This document shows positions 11,570 through 24,577 of a DNA stretch of 64,000 bases, one piece after another (within the stretch, counting starts at the first letter, position 1; each line of letters starts with the position of its first letter). Under the pieces are notes generated by a model. It did not search any database and was not told the origin of the DNA. It saw nothing but the letters and a program-made list of their open reading frames with translations. The position numbers and the translations under genes were made by a program. Source of the stretch: Squalus acanthias (lineage: Eukaryota); assembly GCA_030390025.1 (NCBI GenBank), contig CM059433.1:10542001-10606000 (forward strand), given 5' to 3'.

Positions 11570-13711
11570 TATATCTTTAGTCATCCAGGGAGCTCTAGCT
11601 TTGGATGTCCTTCCTTTCTGCCTCATGGGAATGTGTCCAGTCGGTACCGAACTATCTCCTCTTTGAAGGCCTCCCATTGCTCATTTACTGTTTTACCTGC
11701 CAGTCTTTGATTCCAATCCACCTGGGCCAGATCCCTTTTCCACTCTGTGAAATTAGCCCTCCTCCAGTTGAATAGCTTTGATTTTTCCTTGTCCTTTTCC
11801 ATAATACTCCAAACTTAATATTGTGATCACTGTTCCCCAAATGCTCTTCCACTGAAACATGCCCCACTTCATTCCCCAGAACTCGACCCAGCACTGCTTC
11901 CTCCCTCGTTGGGGTGTTGACCTGAGAGGAACCGAGAGTGCTGTGAAATTAATACTAAACAAATAACAAATTGTTGACCGACTTCAGTTTACCTGATTTT
12001 ACTCCAAATGTTGATCCTTTTTTTAAGGAAAGAAAACGGAAAGCATAGGTGAACACTGGAACTGGTGAAAAAAAAATTAGCCAGAAATGTTTACAGAAAA
12101 TCGTTAGAAATAAATTAAAAAAACCTGACACTCTAAACATAAAGTTGCAAATACGAGAGGTACATTTCCTTTAGTAATTGCATGCACTGGGATCATTCCT
12201 CGAACGTAGCGGAGGCTGTTGCTTTTCAACCGTTACAGTCGCTTCAGCACGGAATGAAGCCTGCAGTGTAAATGGGCAGATATTGTGTCATTAAAGCAGA
12301 TATTCAAACACTATACCATAGCTTTGCTTGGCTGACGTTGTTGAACATTAAAAAGTTGTAATGTGAATCGGTGCCGATGTCAGCTTGGTAGTACTTGATG
12401 CGTGAAATTAAAGTCTGATGAATTCTATCGTAAATTAGATAAACCAATTAGGGTTGCCACGGTCTGAAGTGGGAAGTCCTGAAATCACCAAAATGTAAAC
12501 CAGAAATCAAAGTCTGTTTTATTAAAAAAGTAAACATTATTTCTCTCTAATTTCGTGTCTTGTGATGGAGAGGCATTAGTGAGGCTATTAAAAAGAATTC
12601 TCACCGGTGGCAAAGCAAACCTCAAAACTCAAGCCACAGTCCTATCCCCCTGGCCCTCCTCTTACTCTGGCCCACTAACATTTTTACCTTCGCTTTAATC
12701 TGTTGTCGTGCCTGAGTTCTGAAGGGCCTTTTTAGCTTTTGAAAGAGGCAACACCCGTCTTTCAAACAAATTGTGCATTTCTTTCTCTCACGCAAATTTC
12801 TGGAGCAGAAATTATCTTTATCTACAGAATGAAGTAGAAATGGGCAGAATCAATGATTGCTAATTTTGAGTGTCAAGTAAAAGACAATTTCACTGTTGTT
12901 GCGTGCTGAGGGGGCATAATTGCTCTGTGGGATACGAAGGGATTCACGCGGTCAGGTGACATACTTCCGATTGCTATTTTAACAAAGGTTCACTGCTGAC
13001 ACCAAGCAGCCTCATTTCACCCCATTAGTTTTAATGCAGATATACTACAACAGGGCTAAAAGGTTGAGGAACTATTATTTATCTCCCCCCTGTACTAGTA
13101 GTTTAGGATTACCAAAAACAATCTCTGTGTTTAATAAAACATGTCAACTGTCTCAATACTTTAGCTGCCTAGTTCCGGTGAGCCCCCTCTAAATTTACAA
13201 TTCTCCACTTCTTCCTACAGAAGTATTGCTTTCTCAGTTGTCCTTCTCTCCTCCGCTCTCTCAAGTTTGCAGTCCCAGTTTGCTCCTTTGTGTTATTTAT
13301 TCCACGCCTCTCGCCCTCATTCACTGTGATGGCTTTCACTTTACCCAATGAAGTTGCTCAGTGGAAACCAGAAAGAAAGGTTTCCTTCTATTTTCCATTG
13401 CTGAAATGGATAGTCACCAGCGCTAACCCTTTCAAAAGACAACATTTAACTATAGCTGCTAGCGAGTTCCCACCAGGACAGCAATCTGCCATGGGAGTAG
13501 GGCCTGATTTGTTAAAGCAATACAAAATGTTCCTTAAAATTCAAATTTTAACCTCGCCTATTTGGGAGATTAGGATATTATAAGGTTTCATAGTTTCCTG
13601 AGCTTCAGAGCTCCAGCAATTCACCCAAGTGACAATTCTTCACCAGCAGTTTGGAGTTAGTGTGTTGGCAGGATATTCGATCTTGGGACCGGGCACCAAG
13701 CAGCAATTACA

Positions 13712-14184
13712 GTGTCAGCTGTGGCTCAGTGGGTAGCACACTCACCTCTGAGTCAGAAGGTTGTGGGTTCAAGTCTCGCTCCAGGGAATTGAGTACATTA
13801 AAGTTAGGCTGACACTCCCAGTGCAGTGCTGAGGGAGTGCTGCACTGTCTGAGGTGCCGTCTTTCAGATGAGATGTTAAACCGAGGCCCCGTCTGCTCTC
13901 TCAGGCGGACGTAAAAGATCCCATGGCACTATTTCGAAGAAGAGCAGGGGAGTTATCCCCGGTGTCCTGGCCAATATTTATCCCTCAACCAACATAACAA
14001 AAACAGATTATCTGGTCATTATCACATTGCTGTTTGTGGGAGCTTGCTGTGCGCAAATTGGCTGCTGCATTTCCTCCTACATTACAACAGTGACTCCACT
14101 TCAAAAAGTACTTAATTGGCTGTAATTCATTTGAGATGTCTGGTGGTTGTGAAAGGCGCCATATAAATGCAAGTCTTTCTTTTT
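13712..14184 (+). mobile_element. Full-length tRNA-derived Deu-domain SINE (SacSINE1-like)
   Basis: Pol III A box tggctcagtgg, B box ggttcaagtc, central taaaccgaggccccgtctg..aaaagatcccatggcac domain, tail ..tataaatgcaagtctttcttt. Confidence 0.85.
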
Positions 14185-15970
14185 GGGGACATCTCAGCTG
14201 AGACCATTCCTGTCCTCAGACTGCACACTCAGGAGGCACCGGGCACCAAGCAGCAACAGGAGCCTTGGCTGATTTTCCTTTCTCTGGGCAAGGGGCAATG
14301 AGATCGACTGTCACTCCCCACCATCGTCCCATCCAAGATCAGCTAACTGAGCCCATAACTGGGATCTGACTCCGTAACACGCTGCTTTTACCAGCCGATC
14401 TGTTGGGGAAGCACATTCCATACGTTAGCACTGGCCAATATATAGACCTTACCAGACAATGTGTCACGACAGTGTGCAGCATCTGACTGGCCCGTTCTGA
14501 AGCACTTTTACAATTAAAAAAAAATCTCTTCTTTTTGTAAAAAAATCAATAAGTTTGAAGAGGTTCATGTAACATCAAAATTCAAATTCAAAATTGCTAA
14601 AGCTGGTATCATCCATCATACACAGTACAGGACAAGGATGGTGTGTAAGAGACTCCGCCGGCAATGGCTTCTGTGTACTAGTTGCAAGGAACATCTTGTT
14701 CACACTTTGCAAACTTGATAAAAGGAGGGGGAAAATGATCAGATTACTGCTTGTTAGTAAATACGGTCTGTGAGAACTTAGAATAAGAGCTGGCTTTCTT
14801 GAAAATCAGCAGCTTGTCGGCTAAGTGTCAGCGAGCTATAATGAATCTGAGTCAGGTCCTGTGACTTACTGAAAATTCCAGTTCATTAGCGTTGAGCTCT
14901 TTATGACTACGGACCCTGACACAGCCAGGTTGAATGTTCAGACCTGCTGAATTCATTATACTTCAACCTTAAGGAAAGTGCTTTCTGTTCAAAAACATAC
15001 CCTCCAGATATGTTTGCTGAACTGGGCTATGAGCTTGGGTTTCTGCAGAAGTAAATAATAATATGTTGGCCTACATCCCAGAGATAGCTAAACCTCCTGT
15101 AATGTATGCACAGAAAAGAGTGGAATAAAACAAACGTCAAGGATAGTCAATATCTCAATTGGAGTTCCTTCATTAGCCAAAGACAGGATATTACACACTT
15201 TCAGAAAACACAGCGGCCCCGAATTTCCATAGGAGCTCTCCCAATATTCCGTTGCAACTTCAATGGGGGACGAGCAGAATTCCCCGTAGAAATGGCACAA
15301 ACAGCCATTTTTTTTGACTGTTTCCGCTATTCCTTTGGGGATTTCCTGCCGAAGCTAGAGTAGGAGATTGGGACGACCCCTGGAAACTTTAAGTAAGTTC
15401 GCCCCTCCCCACCGAGGGCGAATGTAGCACTTCAACTGAGTTCAGCTCATTCACGGACTGGGATCAGACCTGGGACTCTCTGGTTTGTCCGAGCTGGGTA
15501 ATACAGCAGGTAGCGCATGTACCCACTGAGCCATCTGGGCAACGCTAAATGTTTATTTGGAGAAAAGCAAGCACAATATTTAAAAGTGGAAGTGGGTGAG
15601 AAGACCCTATAGATAACACAGTGTGCAGAGAATCAAAATCACGCGGATGGTCGGAACCTTAAGTGTGATCCTTTTTTACTTTATGATGTAACTGGATCTT
15701 TTGGGATTGACTGAACACCGATTATGTGAGGCCTCTGGACCGCAGAATATAGTTGAGTACATAATACCTTTGTGAGAGCACCATCAGCACAAGGACTGCA
15801 AGGAGAAGGCCCACCACCACCTTCTCAGGGCAACTAGTGAACAGGCATTTAAAAATTGGACATCCGTAGCTGTTTGTTATTTTAAATAGATAATCAATAA
15901 ATGAAAAAGACTTTACAAAAAGTGAAAGAATATGCTGCAACAAATGTACGTCTCCTGCGATAATTACAAT

Positions 15971-17022
15971 GGCCCGTATTTTCCGATCCCTACGGGTGTG
16001 TACGCGCTGTGTACCCACCCGTAGGGACATCGGAAATGCCGGTTTCAGGCGTGCGAAGCGCATGTGCTGAAAACCGGTGTTTCCGATCTGTCAGAATGCT
16101 CTTGACAGATCGGACGCCTGCCCTGGAGAAGGGCCTCTGCGGGCGGAGAGTTCCGCTTTCTGGAGAACCCCCGCCCGCAGAAAACCCTTAGAAATTTTTA
16201 CGCCTGGTAAAAGCAGTCCAAAAATGTGCGGGTTAGGTTGATTTGGCTATGATAAATTGACCCTTAGTGTTAGGGGAGGATTAAATATGTGGGGTTATAG
16301 GGATAGGATGGGATATGTTAGGGGGAATTAAATACATGGGGTTACGGGGAGAGGGTGGGATATGTGTCAGTGCAGGCTCGATGGGGATTCTGTGTGAGAA
16401 AGCAAGGACAGGGTACTGGATTTGGATGATCAGCCATGATCGTATTGAATGGTGGAGCAGGCTCGACGGGCCGAATGGCCTACTCCTGCTCCTAGTTTCT
16501 ATGTTTCTATGTAAAGCTTGCTTTTACCAGCATAAGAGTTGAAAAAAAGTTTTTTTTAAAATGTCACTCATTTATAATTTAAAAATACTTTTAAAAAAGG
16601 TAAGTTTATTTTTAGCCCCGTAAAAAACATTAATTATTTTTTTCAAAAAATTACATTTTTGTTTAAAATATTTAATTTATTGTAATTTCAACTCATTTTA
16701 AAAACGTGATGGTTTTTGAAAATTTTATTTAATGTTTTAAAGTGTTTTTGGAGTGATCTCCATTCATATATTTGACGGGTCTATCTGTCAAAAGTATGAA
16801 GGGAGATTCCCTTCTCCTATTGGCTCCCCATGGCCCACGTGATCCCAGGGACGCTTGCGAACCGCCTGCGCCTCTGGGATGCCTGGGCCCTGCGCATTTC
16901 GAGTTTGGAGAGGCCCAGGAGCGGAAGTGTACGCACCTCAGGAGCCCTCAGGTAAGAGCGTAGATTTTTTCCAGATCGGAGGCCTCCGCACGCAGGAAGC
17001 CTCCGATCGGAAAATATGGGCC
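15971..17022 (+). mobile_element. Harbinger-type MITE with an internal retroelement insertion
   Basis: TIR ggcccgtattttccgatc / gatcggaaaatatgggcc; AT-rich core; homologous to 8689-9450 and 29626-31120. Confidence 0.8.
16217..16512 (+). mobile_element. 5'-truncated SINE-like fragment ending in a CR1 3' tail (HE1-like)
   Basis: tgtgcgggttaggttgat..ggctatgataaattgacccttagtgt followed by gatcagccatgatcgtattgaatgg..tttctatgtttctatgt. Confidence 0.6.
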
Positions 17023-17752
17023 CAAGGACTTTGCTAGCCAAACAATTCTTTATCTACCGAGTGAAGTCACTTGGTCAACGACGCAGTGGTTCTGCATAGA
17101 ACCAGTTTGCTTCAATTACCCGTTGAACACAGCTGTTTAGTCTAAACTGCCACTGGGAACAACATGTGGACTATTCAGGTCCAAGGGCAGTCACTGTAGA
17201 CGGGCTGTGGGATTTCCACACAAGGTAGCATGAACAAATCAAAAGACATCAATAACTGTTTGAAGACGTTAAGGATTTTTGGGTCCCAATTAGTTCCCAG
17301 ATGTATGTCAATGTCTCCCACAGTGAAGCAAAACAGTAAGGTATTTTGTAAATGCAGGGGAAAAAATGACCACATTTCATAAATATTAGATTAACAGCTT
17401 CCTATGGTAATCAATGCTGTTTTATATTTATAAAATATAACCTTGTTCTGACCCAGCGGCATACTGATGAAAGTCAGTTTCTGATTTAAGTAATTCATGC
17501 AGATAAAAATGATGCAAAAGGAGAAAAAAAGAGGAAGGTTACTGAGGCCTAATTAATGCCACATTAAGAATGAACATTCTTAAACCTTCCTCTGCCAAAA
17601 AAATTGTTGAATTAAATATAATTTTTTTTAAGAGGTTTGCTTTCACATCCTGTATTCTGACTCAGCTTACTGTACCAACTCTTAAATAAAAACAGAAAAT
17701 GCTGGAAACACTCAGCAGGTCAGGTAGCATCTGTGGAGAGAGAAACAGAGTC

Positions 17753-17781
17753 AACGTTTCAGGTCGATGACCCTTCGTCAG
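17753..17781 (-). ncRNA. Minimal type I hammerhead ribozyme motif (PLE family 1)
   Basis: CUGACGA-a-ggguc-auc-gaccu-GAAA-cg-UU. Confidence 0.7.
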
Positions 17782-18136
17782 AACTGGAAAAAGTTGGAGA
17801 TGGAACAGGTTTTTAAGCAAGTGTAGGGGCAGGGAAAGGGGGGAGGGGAGGAAAGAACAAAAGGGAAGGTCTGTGATAGGCTGGAAGGCAGGAGAGATTA
17901 AGAGACAAAAGGGATGATGGTGCAAGGCAAAAGGAGATGGTAATGGGACAAGTTAAGAAACAAAAGATGACTCTGGATGAAGTGTAAATGGCAATGGTAG
18001 AATGAAAGACAGCTGCCATGTGAGAGAGAGAAAAAAAAATGAAAAAAATGATAGGGGCAGAGGTTATGGTCTGAAATTGTTGAACTCAATGTTGAGTCAG
18101 AAGGCTGTAAAGTGCCTAATCGAAAGATGAGGTGCT

Positions 18137-18706
18137 AATCATAGAGTCATAGAATCATAGAGTTATACAGCATAGAAAGAGGCCCTTCGGCCCATCGTGT
18201 CTGCGCCGGCCATCAAGCCCTGTCTATTCTAATCCCATTTTCCAGCACTTGGTCCGTAGCCTTGTATGCTATGGCGTTTCAAGTGCTCATCTAAATGTTG
18301 TGAGGGTTCCTGCCTCTACCACCCTTTCAGGCAGTGAGTTCCAGATTCCAACCACCCTCTGGGTGAAAAAGTTTTTACTCAAATCCCCTCTAAACCTCCT
18401 TCCCACTACCTTGAAACTATGCCCCCTGGTTATTGACCCCTCTACTAAGGGGAGAAGTTCCTTTCTATCTATCCTATCTATGCCCCTCATAATTTTGTAC
18501 ACCTGAATCAGGTCCCCCCTCAGCCTTCTCTGCTCTAAGGAAAACAACCCCAGCCTGCCCAGTCTCTCTTCATAGCTGAAGCGCTCCAGCCCAGGTAACA
18601 TCCTGGCGAATCTCCTCTGCACCCTCTCCAATGCAATCACATCCTTCCTATAGTGCGGCGACCAGAACTGCACACAGTATTCCAGCTGTGGCCTAACTAG
18701 CGTTTT
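18137..18706 (-). mobile_element. CR1 LINE 3' fragment inserted into the PLE
   Basis: Translation LVRPQLEYCVQFWSPHYRKD...FFTQRVVGIWNSLPE; catagag-type tail. Confidence 0.9.
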
Positions 18707-19507
18707 GTTTACGTTGAGCTTCATTGGAACAGTGTAAGAGGTCGAGGACGGAGAGGTCAGAGCGGGAGTGGAGCGGAGAATTAAAGTGACTGGCGACCGG
18801 AAGCTCGGGGTCACCCTTACGGACTGAGCGGAGGTGTTCCGCAAAGCTCTTCCAAAGTACTAACTCTTCCTTGGTTACAGTTCCACGGATGCCAGCCTCC
18901 TCTGACACCCGCCCAAGTGACCATTCCTCACGTGTGACCCGGGTCAGGGAGTGCCAATAGGCTATTTGACTGTGGAAGGCATAAAGGTTGAGTCCGACCC
19001 TGTTTTCATCCAACATCTATGCTGGCTTTGTAATTTTCCTTTTTTTTTGCAATGGCGAAGTGACTTCAGCAGTGTGGGACCTCTACACACCTCTGCCACT
19101 TGCCTGTGCCCACCCCGATCCCAATTCAGGTCAAGGCTAATTGATCAATTCGGGTGGATTCCAGTGGCGTTTACACTGTCATCAGGACACCCACCACAGG
19201 TGGGGGGATGGGGAGGGAAATGGCCGTGGCCTGAGCCGCAGCGTAACATGACTGGCAGTGCCGGCTGAAAGTGTGTGCGGGGGGCGGGGTGGGGGGGGAA
19301 AGATGCATTTCAAATTTGATTCCCCTGCCTTGCCTGGTGCCTGGTGCAGTCAATCACTCTACAATCGTTTGCACTGGGCAAGCTGTCCTTTAAAATTGAA
19401 ATCACCCACCCCGGAGACCCATAGCAACCCTGGACACCAGGAAAGCATGGGGTGCCTCATGTCCAAATGTCGCTAAGGCAAAAATAATGAGAAATACATC
19501 ATATTAT

Positions 19508-19722
19508 CCGTGTCCTGGGCCGATATTTATCCCTCAATCAACATCATTAAAACAGATTATCTGGTCATTATCTCATTGCTGTTTGTGGGAGCTTGCTGTG
19601 CACAAATTGGCTGCTGCATTTCTTACATAGAGTGGCTCCACTTCAAAAGTACTTAATTGGCCGTAAAGCGTATTGGGGCATCTTGAGGTCATGAAAGGCG
19701 CTAAAAAATCCAAGTTCTTGCT
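19508..19722 (+). mobile_element. Deu-domain SINE 3' half
   Basis: Matches 13960-14180. Confidence 0.75.
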
Positions 19723-19949
19723 TTCTGTAGGGGATTGCTGTCATTTGCATCTAATCACTAAATACCTACTTATTACCTTATTTGGGCGGTTGTATCGCAC
19801 GTCCATTGTCACTTCCAGTGGAACAGTTCTCCACTCAGTCTCTGAACCGGGCCTGCTGGGGTTACGCCCTTACTGGCGGTAGCTTAGGAAGGACATTGGC
19901 CCCACGTGCTTTTGTCTCACTGCAGTACAACCAGGAGTAGGAAACCCTG

Positions 19950-20379
19950 AAATAACAACAGAAAACGCTGGAAACACTCAGCAGGTCAGGCAGCATCCGT
20001 GGAGAGAGAAACAGAGTCAACGTTTCAGACTGTGACCTGAAACCTTTGGTTCACCTGCCACTTCTCTGCCAGGAATGCCCACCTTGAAGAAGTTCTGCTC
20101 TTCTCTCCGACGGGATTTCCGTTGGTCTCTTCAACCTTGTTCATCTTCATTGCTTTCGGTTTCCCTTCTCGTGTTTGATCAGCTATCTGCCAAGACTCGT
20201 TTTCACAGCCACATCTCTTTCCTCAGCAACTGTCTCCGGTTCCGACTGTCACAGACCTGAAACATTGACTCTGTTTCTCTCTCTCTCCGCGGATGCTGCC
20301 TGGCCTGCTGAGTGTTTCCAGCATTTTCTGTTGTCATTTCAGCTTTCCAGCATCCGCAGTATTTTGCTATTGTACTAGT
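19950..20379. mobile_element. Rearranged Penelope-like insertion (inverted terminal-repeat pieces around a putative ORF start)
   Basis: 19950-20040 and 20248-20350 are inverted copies of the PLE repeat; 14-bp TSD agtaggaaaccctg (19936-19949, 20380-20393). Confidence 0.75.
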
Positions 20380-20663
20380 AGTAGGAAACCCTGGCTGATC
20401 TTTCACCCCCCTCGTCCCCCTGGGTGCTGAGGAAAATTATGGCGCCACAATTGATGTCCTGGCTGAGGTCTGATTTCAGCCTAGACTGGAGAGAATTTCC
20501 TGTAGTCGCGATGTCCAGCAAACCATCAATGCTCAGTTGTGTGGTTGCCTTTACCATCAGGGGAGCTAGAGTCTGTTACTTTAATATTTAATCCCATTCG
20601 TGGAGATCTTCCAGCTGGTGACCAGTCACAGCTGGGAAGAGGTACATGGTATAATAGGAGTAT

Positions 20664-20665
<2 letters not shown>

Positions 20666-20697
<32 letters not shown>
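20666..20697. repeat. (AT)n microsatellite
   Basis: Uninterrupted AT dinucleotide run. Confidence 0.95.
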
Positions 20698-20699
<2 letters not shown>

Positions 20700-22448
20700 G
20701 TGCTTATGATAATTTCTGTTTACATATCGAATAATGAATAGCTGGGAGTGATTTGGGGACAGTAATCTAATTAACAAGTTCAAACAGTATTAAAAACGGT
20801 GAGAGGAAATCGCAAGCCGGTTTAGTTAATAACCTTTACTTGAGCATTAAAGTTAGATTACAGAATTAAAATTCTGGCTTTCTGTTATTACTTATATTGT
20901 AGTGGAATTTTTTTAACTTCTCTATTATCCACCAGAATTTTCAGTGGGGAAAAAAAACTTCGATGAAATGTAACTTGATTGAAGAGCTTGCTACCTTTTC
21001 TCGGTGTTGTTCTCTTTTCATCTTCTTTGCCAGGTGAATAAAACTACATGATGGATGAGATTTTTCTCCAGGTTTCCGCCCATTTTTGGGCAGCCCTGGT
21101 GCGGCCAGAGGAGGAAAATGGGTTGGAAGGCCTATTGCCGATTCTCTGCCATGATCCAAAAGTTGACACAATCCGTCTTCACCCAGATTGCGCCGCCCAC
21201 TGTTTACCCACCCCACTGCATGTAAATGATGGTGGGAAGGTGTGTTTAGTTGGTGCACTCACTTCCCTTCCCTAACATCTGTAGTCTACCTCCAGAAAAA
21301 GAACTCCTTAATGAAAGATGTATTGGGGCTTGCTTGTGGCAGGCCATAGGCACAAGAGTGCTTAACAGTCTACTGTGGAACAGAGCCAGCTACCGAACAG
21401 AATCGCAGTGGTTCTTTAGATATAGTCTGTACCTCTTTGGTCAGAGCATCTGCAGCTCAAGGTAAGTTTTTTCTGGAGATATTGCTAACTTCTGCACCTC
21501 CAGAAGCAATGGGATTTCCCTTGTGCCTTCCTATTTTTCTCTGCTATGAGGAGGAAGAAGAGTAGGACCAGCAGAACCATTGCTGAGAGACCTGGCTGAT
21601 CAGGCACCACAGGCATCCTTTGGCCCCTCCCTGCTGGTACCTGTGCTTTGGTCTCAGCAGACCTACACAGGACTACTTCAACCTGATGATTCAGCAATGC
21701 TTGAGAATGCTCCCCTCCCCTCACAAGACAACAACTGAGTGGTGCCAGACAGGGCAGATAAACCTCTTCTGGCATTGACTATCAACGTTGGGATTGCTGG
21801 AGGTGGCACTCACTGCCAAGGTTACCTCCTTCTACAAAGGTGTGGACCTAATGGGATTTGGGAGCAATGCTGAGGAGGGGGGTGGTGGTGGTGGTGGTGG
21901 GGTGGGAAGAGGGGAGTGGAGGCAGGAACTGATCTGTCTGGCTGAAGATTTAAATGCTTCACATCTTCTTCACCATGCTGACTTGGTGGATGGCCCGATA
22001 TTCAAACTACAATCAAATTGCAATTCATCTCGCTGGCTGTGATTGCAATTTAAATATGGCATTGTCCAGCCCAAATGTGGCCTCTTCTATCAGAATGCAA
22101 GTGCACTTAACTGCTGACCATATAAGAGATGTAACTGGTGGGATTTCTGGGGGCTCCCACGAGATGCCCCCAAAAGTGACATCAGGGTGGTAATGGAGGG
22201 GTGGATAAAATGGCTGTGTCCCGCCGCACCCCACCCCGCCCCACCCCAACCTCAACACCCACCCACTCTCCCATCAGAAGTTCTTTTGTGAGCAAGAAAG
22301 GGGCAGAAACCCAGCAAAAATGTTACACTCCAATTTCCTGCCACTTTGCTTTCATTACATTGGTTTCAGCCCTAGAAAAGAATGGAATTTCTAGGCTAAA
22401 ATGGTTGGTTTTGGACCCTTCAGCTACTGTAGCCAGTTTAACATTGTT

Positions 22449-23770
22449 GAAGCACCAGGTTTAATAGGACAAAGTCAGCATGGCTTTATGAAGGGGAAGT
22501 CATGTCTGACAAATTTGCTCGAGTTCTTTGAGGACATAACGTACAGGGTGGATAAAGGGGAACCAGTGGATGTAGTGTATTTAGACTTCCAGAAGGCATT
22601 CGACAAGGTGCCACATAAAAGATTATTACTCAAGATAAAAAATCACTGGATTGGGGGTAATATTCTGGCATGGGTGGAGGATTGGTTATCTAACAGGAAG
22701 CAGAGAGTTGGGATAAATGGTTCATTCTCGGACTGGCAACCAGTAGCCAGTGGTGTTCCGCAGGGGTCGGTGCTGGGTCCCCAACTCTTTACAATCTATA
22801 TTAACGATTTGGAGGAGGGGACCGAGTGTAACATATCAAAGTTTGCAGATGATACAAAGATGGGAGGGAAAGTAGAGAGTGAGGAGGACATAAAAAACCT
22901 ACAAGGGGATATAGACAGGCTGGGTGAGTGGGCAGAGATTTGGCAGATGCAATACAATATTGGAAAATGTGAGGTTATGCACTTTGGCAGGAAAAATCAG
23001 AGAGCAAGTTATTATCTTAATGGCGAGAAACTGGAAAGTACTGCAGTACAAAGGGATCTGGGGGCCTTGGTGCAAGAAAATCAAAAAGTTAGTATGCAGG
23101 TGCAGCAGGTGATCAAGAAAGCCAATGGAATGTTGGCTTTTATTGCTTGGGGGATAGAATATAAAAACAGGGAGGTATTGCTGCAGTTGTATAGGGTATT
23201 GGTGAGACTGCATCTGGAGTACTGCATACAGTTTTGGTGTCCATACTTAAGAAAAGACATACTTGCTCTCGAGGCAGTACAAAGAAGGTTCACTCGGTTA
23301 ATCCCGGGGATGAGGGGGTGGACATATGAGGAGAGGTTGAGTAGATTGGGACTCTACTCATTGGAGTTCAGAAGAATGAGAGGCGATCTTATTGAAACAT
23401 ATAAGATTGTGAAGGGGCTTGATCGGGTGGACGCGGTGAGGATGTTCCCAATTATGGGTGAAACTAGAACTAGGGGACATAATCTTAGAATAAGGGGCTC
23501 CTCTTTCAAAACTGAGATGAGGAGAAACTTTTTCACTCAGATGGTAGTGGGTCTGTGGAATTTGCTACCCCAGGAAGCTGTGGAAGTTACTTCATTAAAT
23601 AAATTTAAAACAGAAATAGACCGTTTCCTAGAAGTAAAGGGAATCAGGGGTTACGGGGAGCGGGCTGGAAATTGGACATGAGGCTGAGTTCGGATCGGTC
23701 AAGGCCCTGTGGGTGGCAGAGCGGGCCCAGGGGCCGAGTGGCCTGGTCCTGCTCCTGCTTCTTGTGTTCT
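22449..23770 (+). mobile_element. 5'-truncated CR1 LINE with open RT and C-terminal frame
   Basis: ORF to 23681: QHGFMKGKSCLTNL..YLDFQKAFDKVPH..GVPQGSVLGP..FADDTK; a second CR1 tail follows at about 23772-23885. Confidence 0.95.
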
Positions 23771-24104
23771 TTAGAGTTGAGGTTGGATCAGATCAGCCAT
23801 GATCTCATTGAATGGCGGAGCAGGCTCGAGGGGCTGATTGGTCTACTCCTGCTCCTATTTCTTATGTTCTTATGTTCTTATGTTTCATTCTCCCTCCATT
23901 GGTGGACTCCCTATTGAAGTTGCTAATAGAGGGAGTCCACTATGAATATTTAATGAAAATCTGCCCCATACAAGATCCCTGACGTAACAAGGAGGTGAGC
24001 TCGTGGGATGACTTGCGCCGCCAGATCTCCCTTGGATTCCACCTCATTTACGTCAAGCGACCTGGACACCAGCAATTTACTGGTGTCCATGAATCGCTGG
24101 AATT

Positions 24105-24577
24105 GAAAGAAAGAAAGACTTGCATTTCTATAGCGCCTTTCACGACCACCGGACGTCTCAAAACGCTTTACAGCCAATGAAGTGCTCTTGGAGTGTAGTC
24201 ACTGTTGTAATGTGGGAAACGCGGCAGCCAATTTGCGCACAGCAAGCTCCCACAAACAACAATATGATAATGACCAGATAATGTGTTTTTTGTTATGTTA
24301 GTTGAGCGATAAATATTGGCCAGGCCCCCGGGGATAACTCCCCTGCTCTTCTTCGAAATAGTGCCGTGGGATCTTTTACGTCCACCTGGGAGAGCAGACG
24401 GGGCCTCGGTTTAATGTCTCATCCGAAAGACGGCACCTCCGACAGTGCAGCACTCCCTCAGCACTGCACTGGAGTGTCAGCCTAGATTTTATGTGCTCAA
24501 GTCCCTGGAGTGGGACTTGAACCCACAACCTTCTGACTCAGAGGCGAGGGCACTATCCACTGAGCCACAGTTGGCAC
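24105..24577 (-). mobile_element. Full-length Deu-domain tRNA SINE
   Basis: Reverse complement of 13712-14184, including A and B boxes. Confidence 0.85.

Larger units (their letters stand above)
17684..18847 (-). mobile_element. Penelope-like element 3' part (endonuclease C-terminus plus terminal repeat), split by a CR1
   Basis: FAEHLRSVRKGDPELPVASHFNS...LLHCSNEAQR (18847-18710) resumes as HLIFRLGTLQP (from 18136); terminal repeat holds a hammerhead motif. Confidence 0.8.

Noticed and set aside
13712..13790. tRNA gene
   Set aside because: A and B boxes are the head of a SINE and continue into the SINE body; same for 24500-24577
21480..22000. Possible Myb/SANT-like relic on minus (..QCQKRF..)
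   Set aside because: Too decayed to support by eye
23902..23940. Short hairpin gtggactccctatt..aatagagggagtccac
   Set aside because: Single short stem, probably a MITE remnant; too short to call a pre-miRNA
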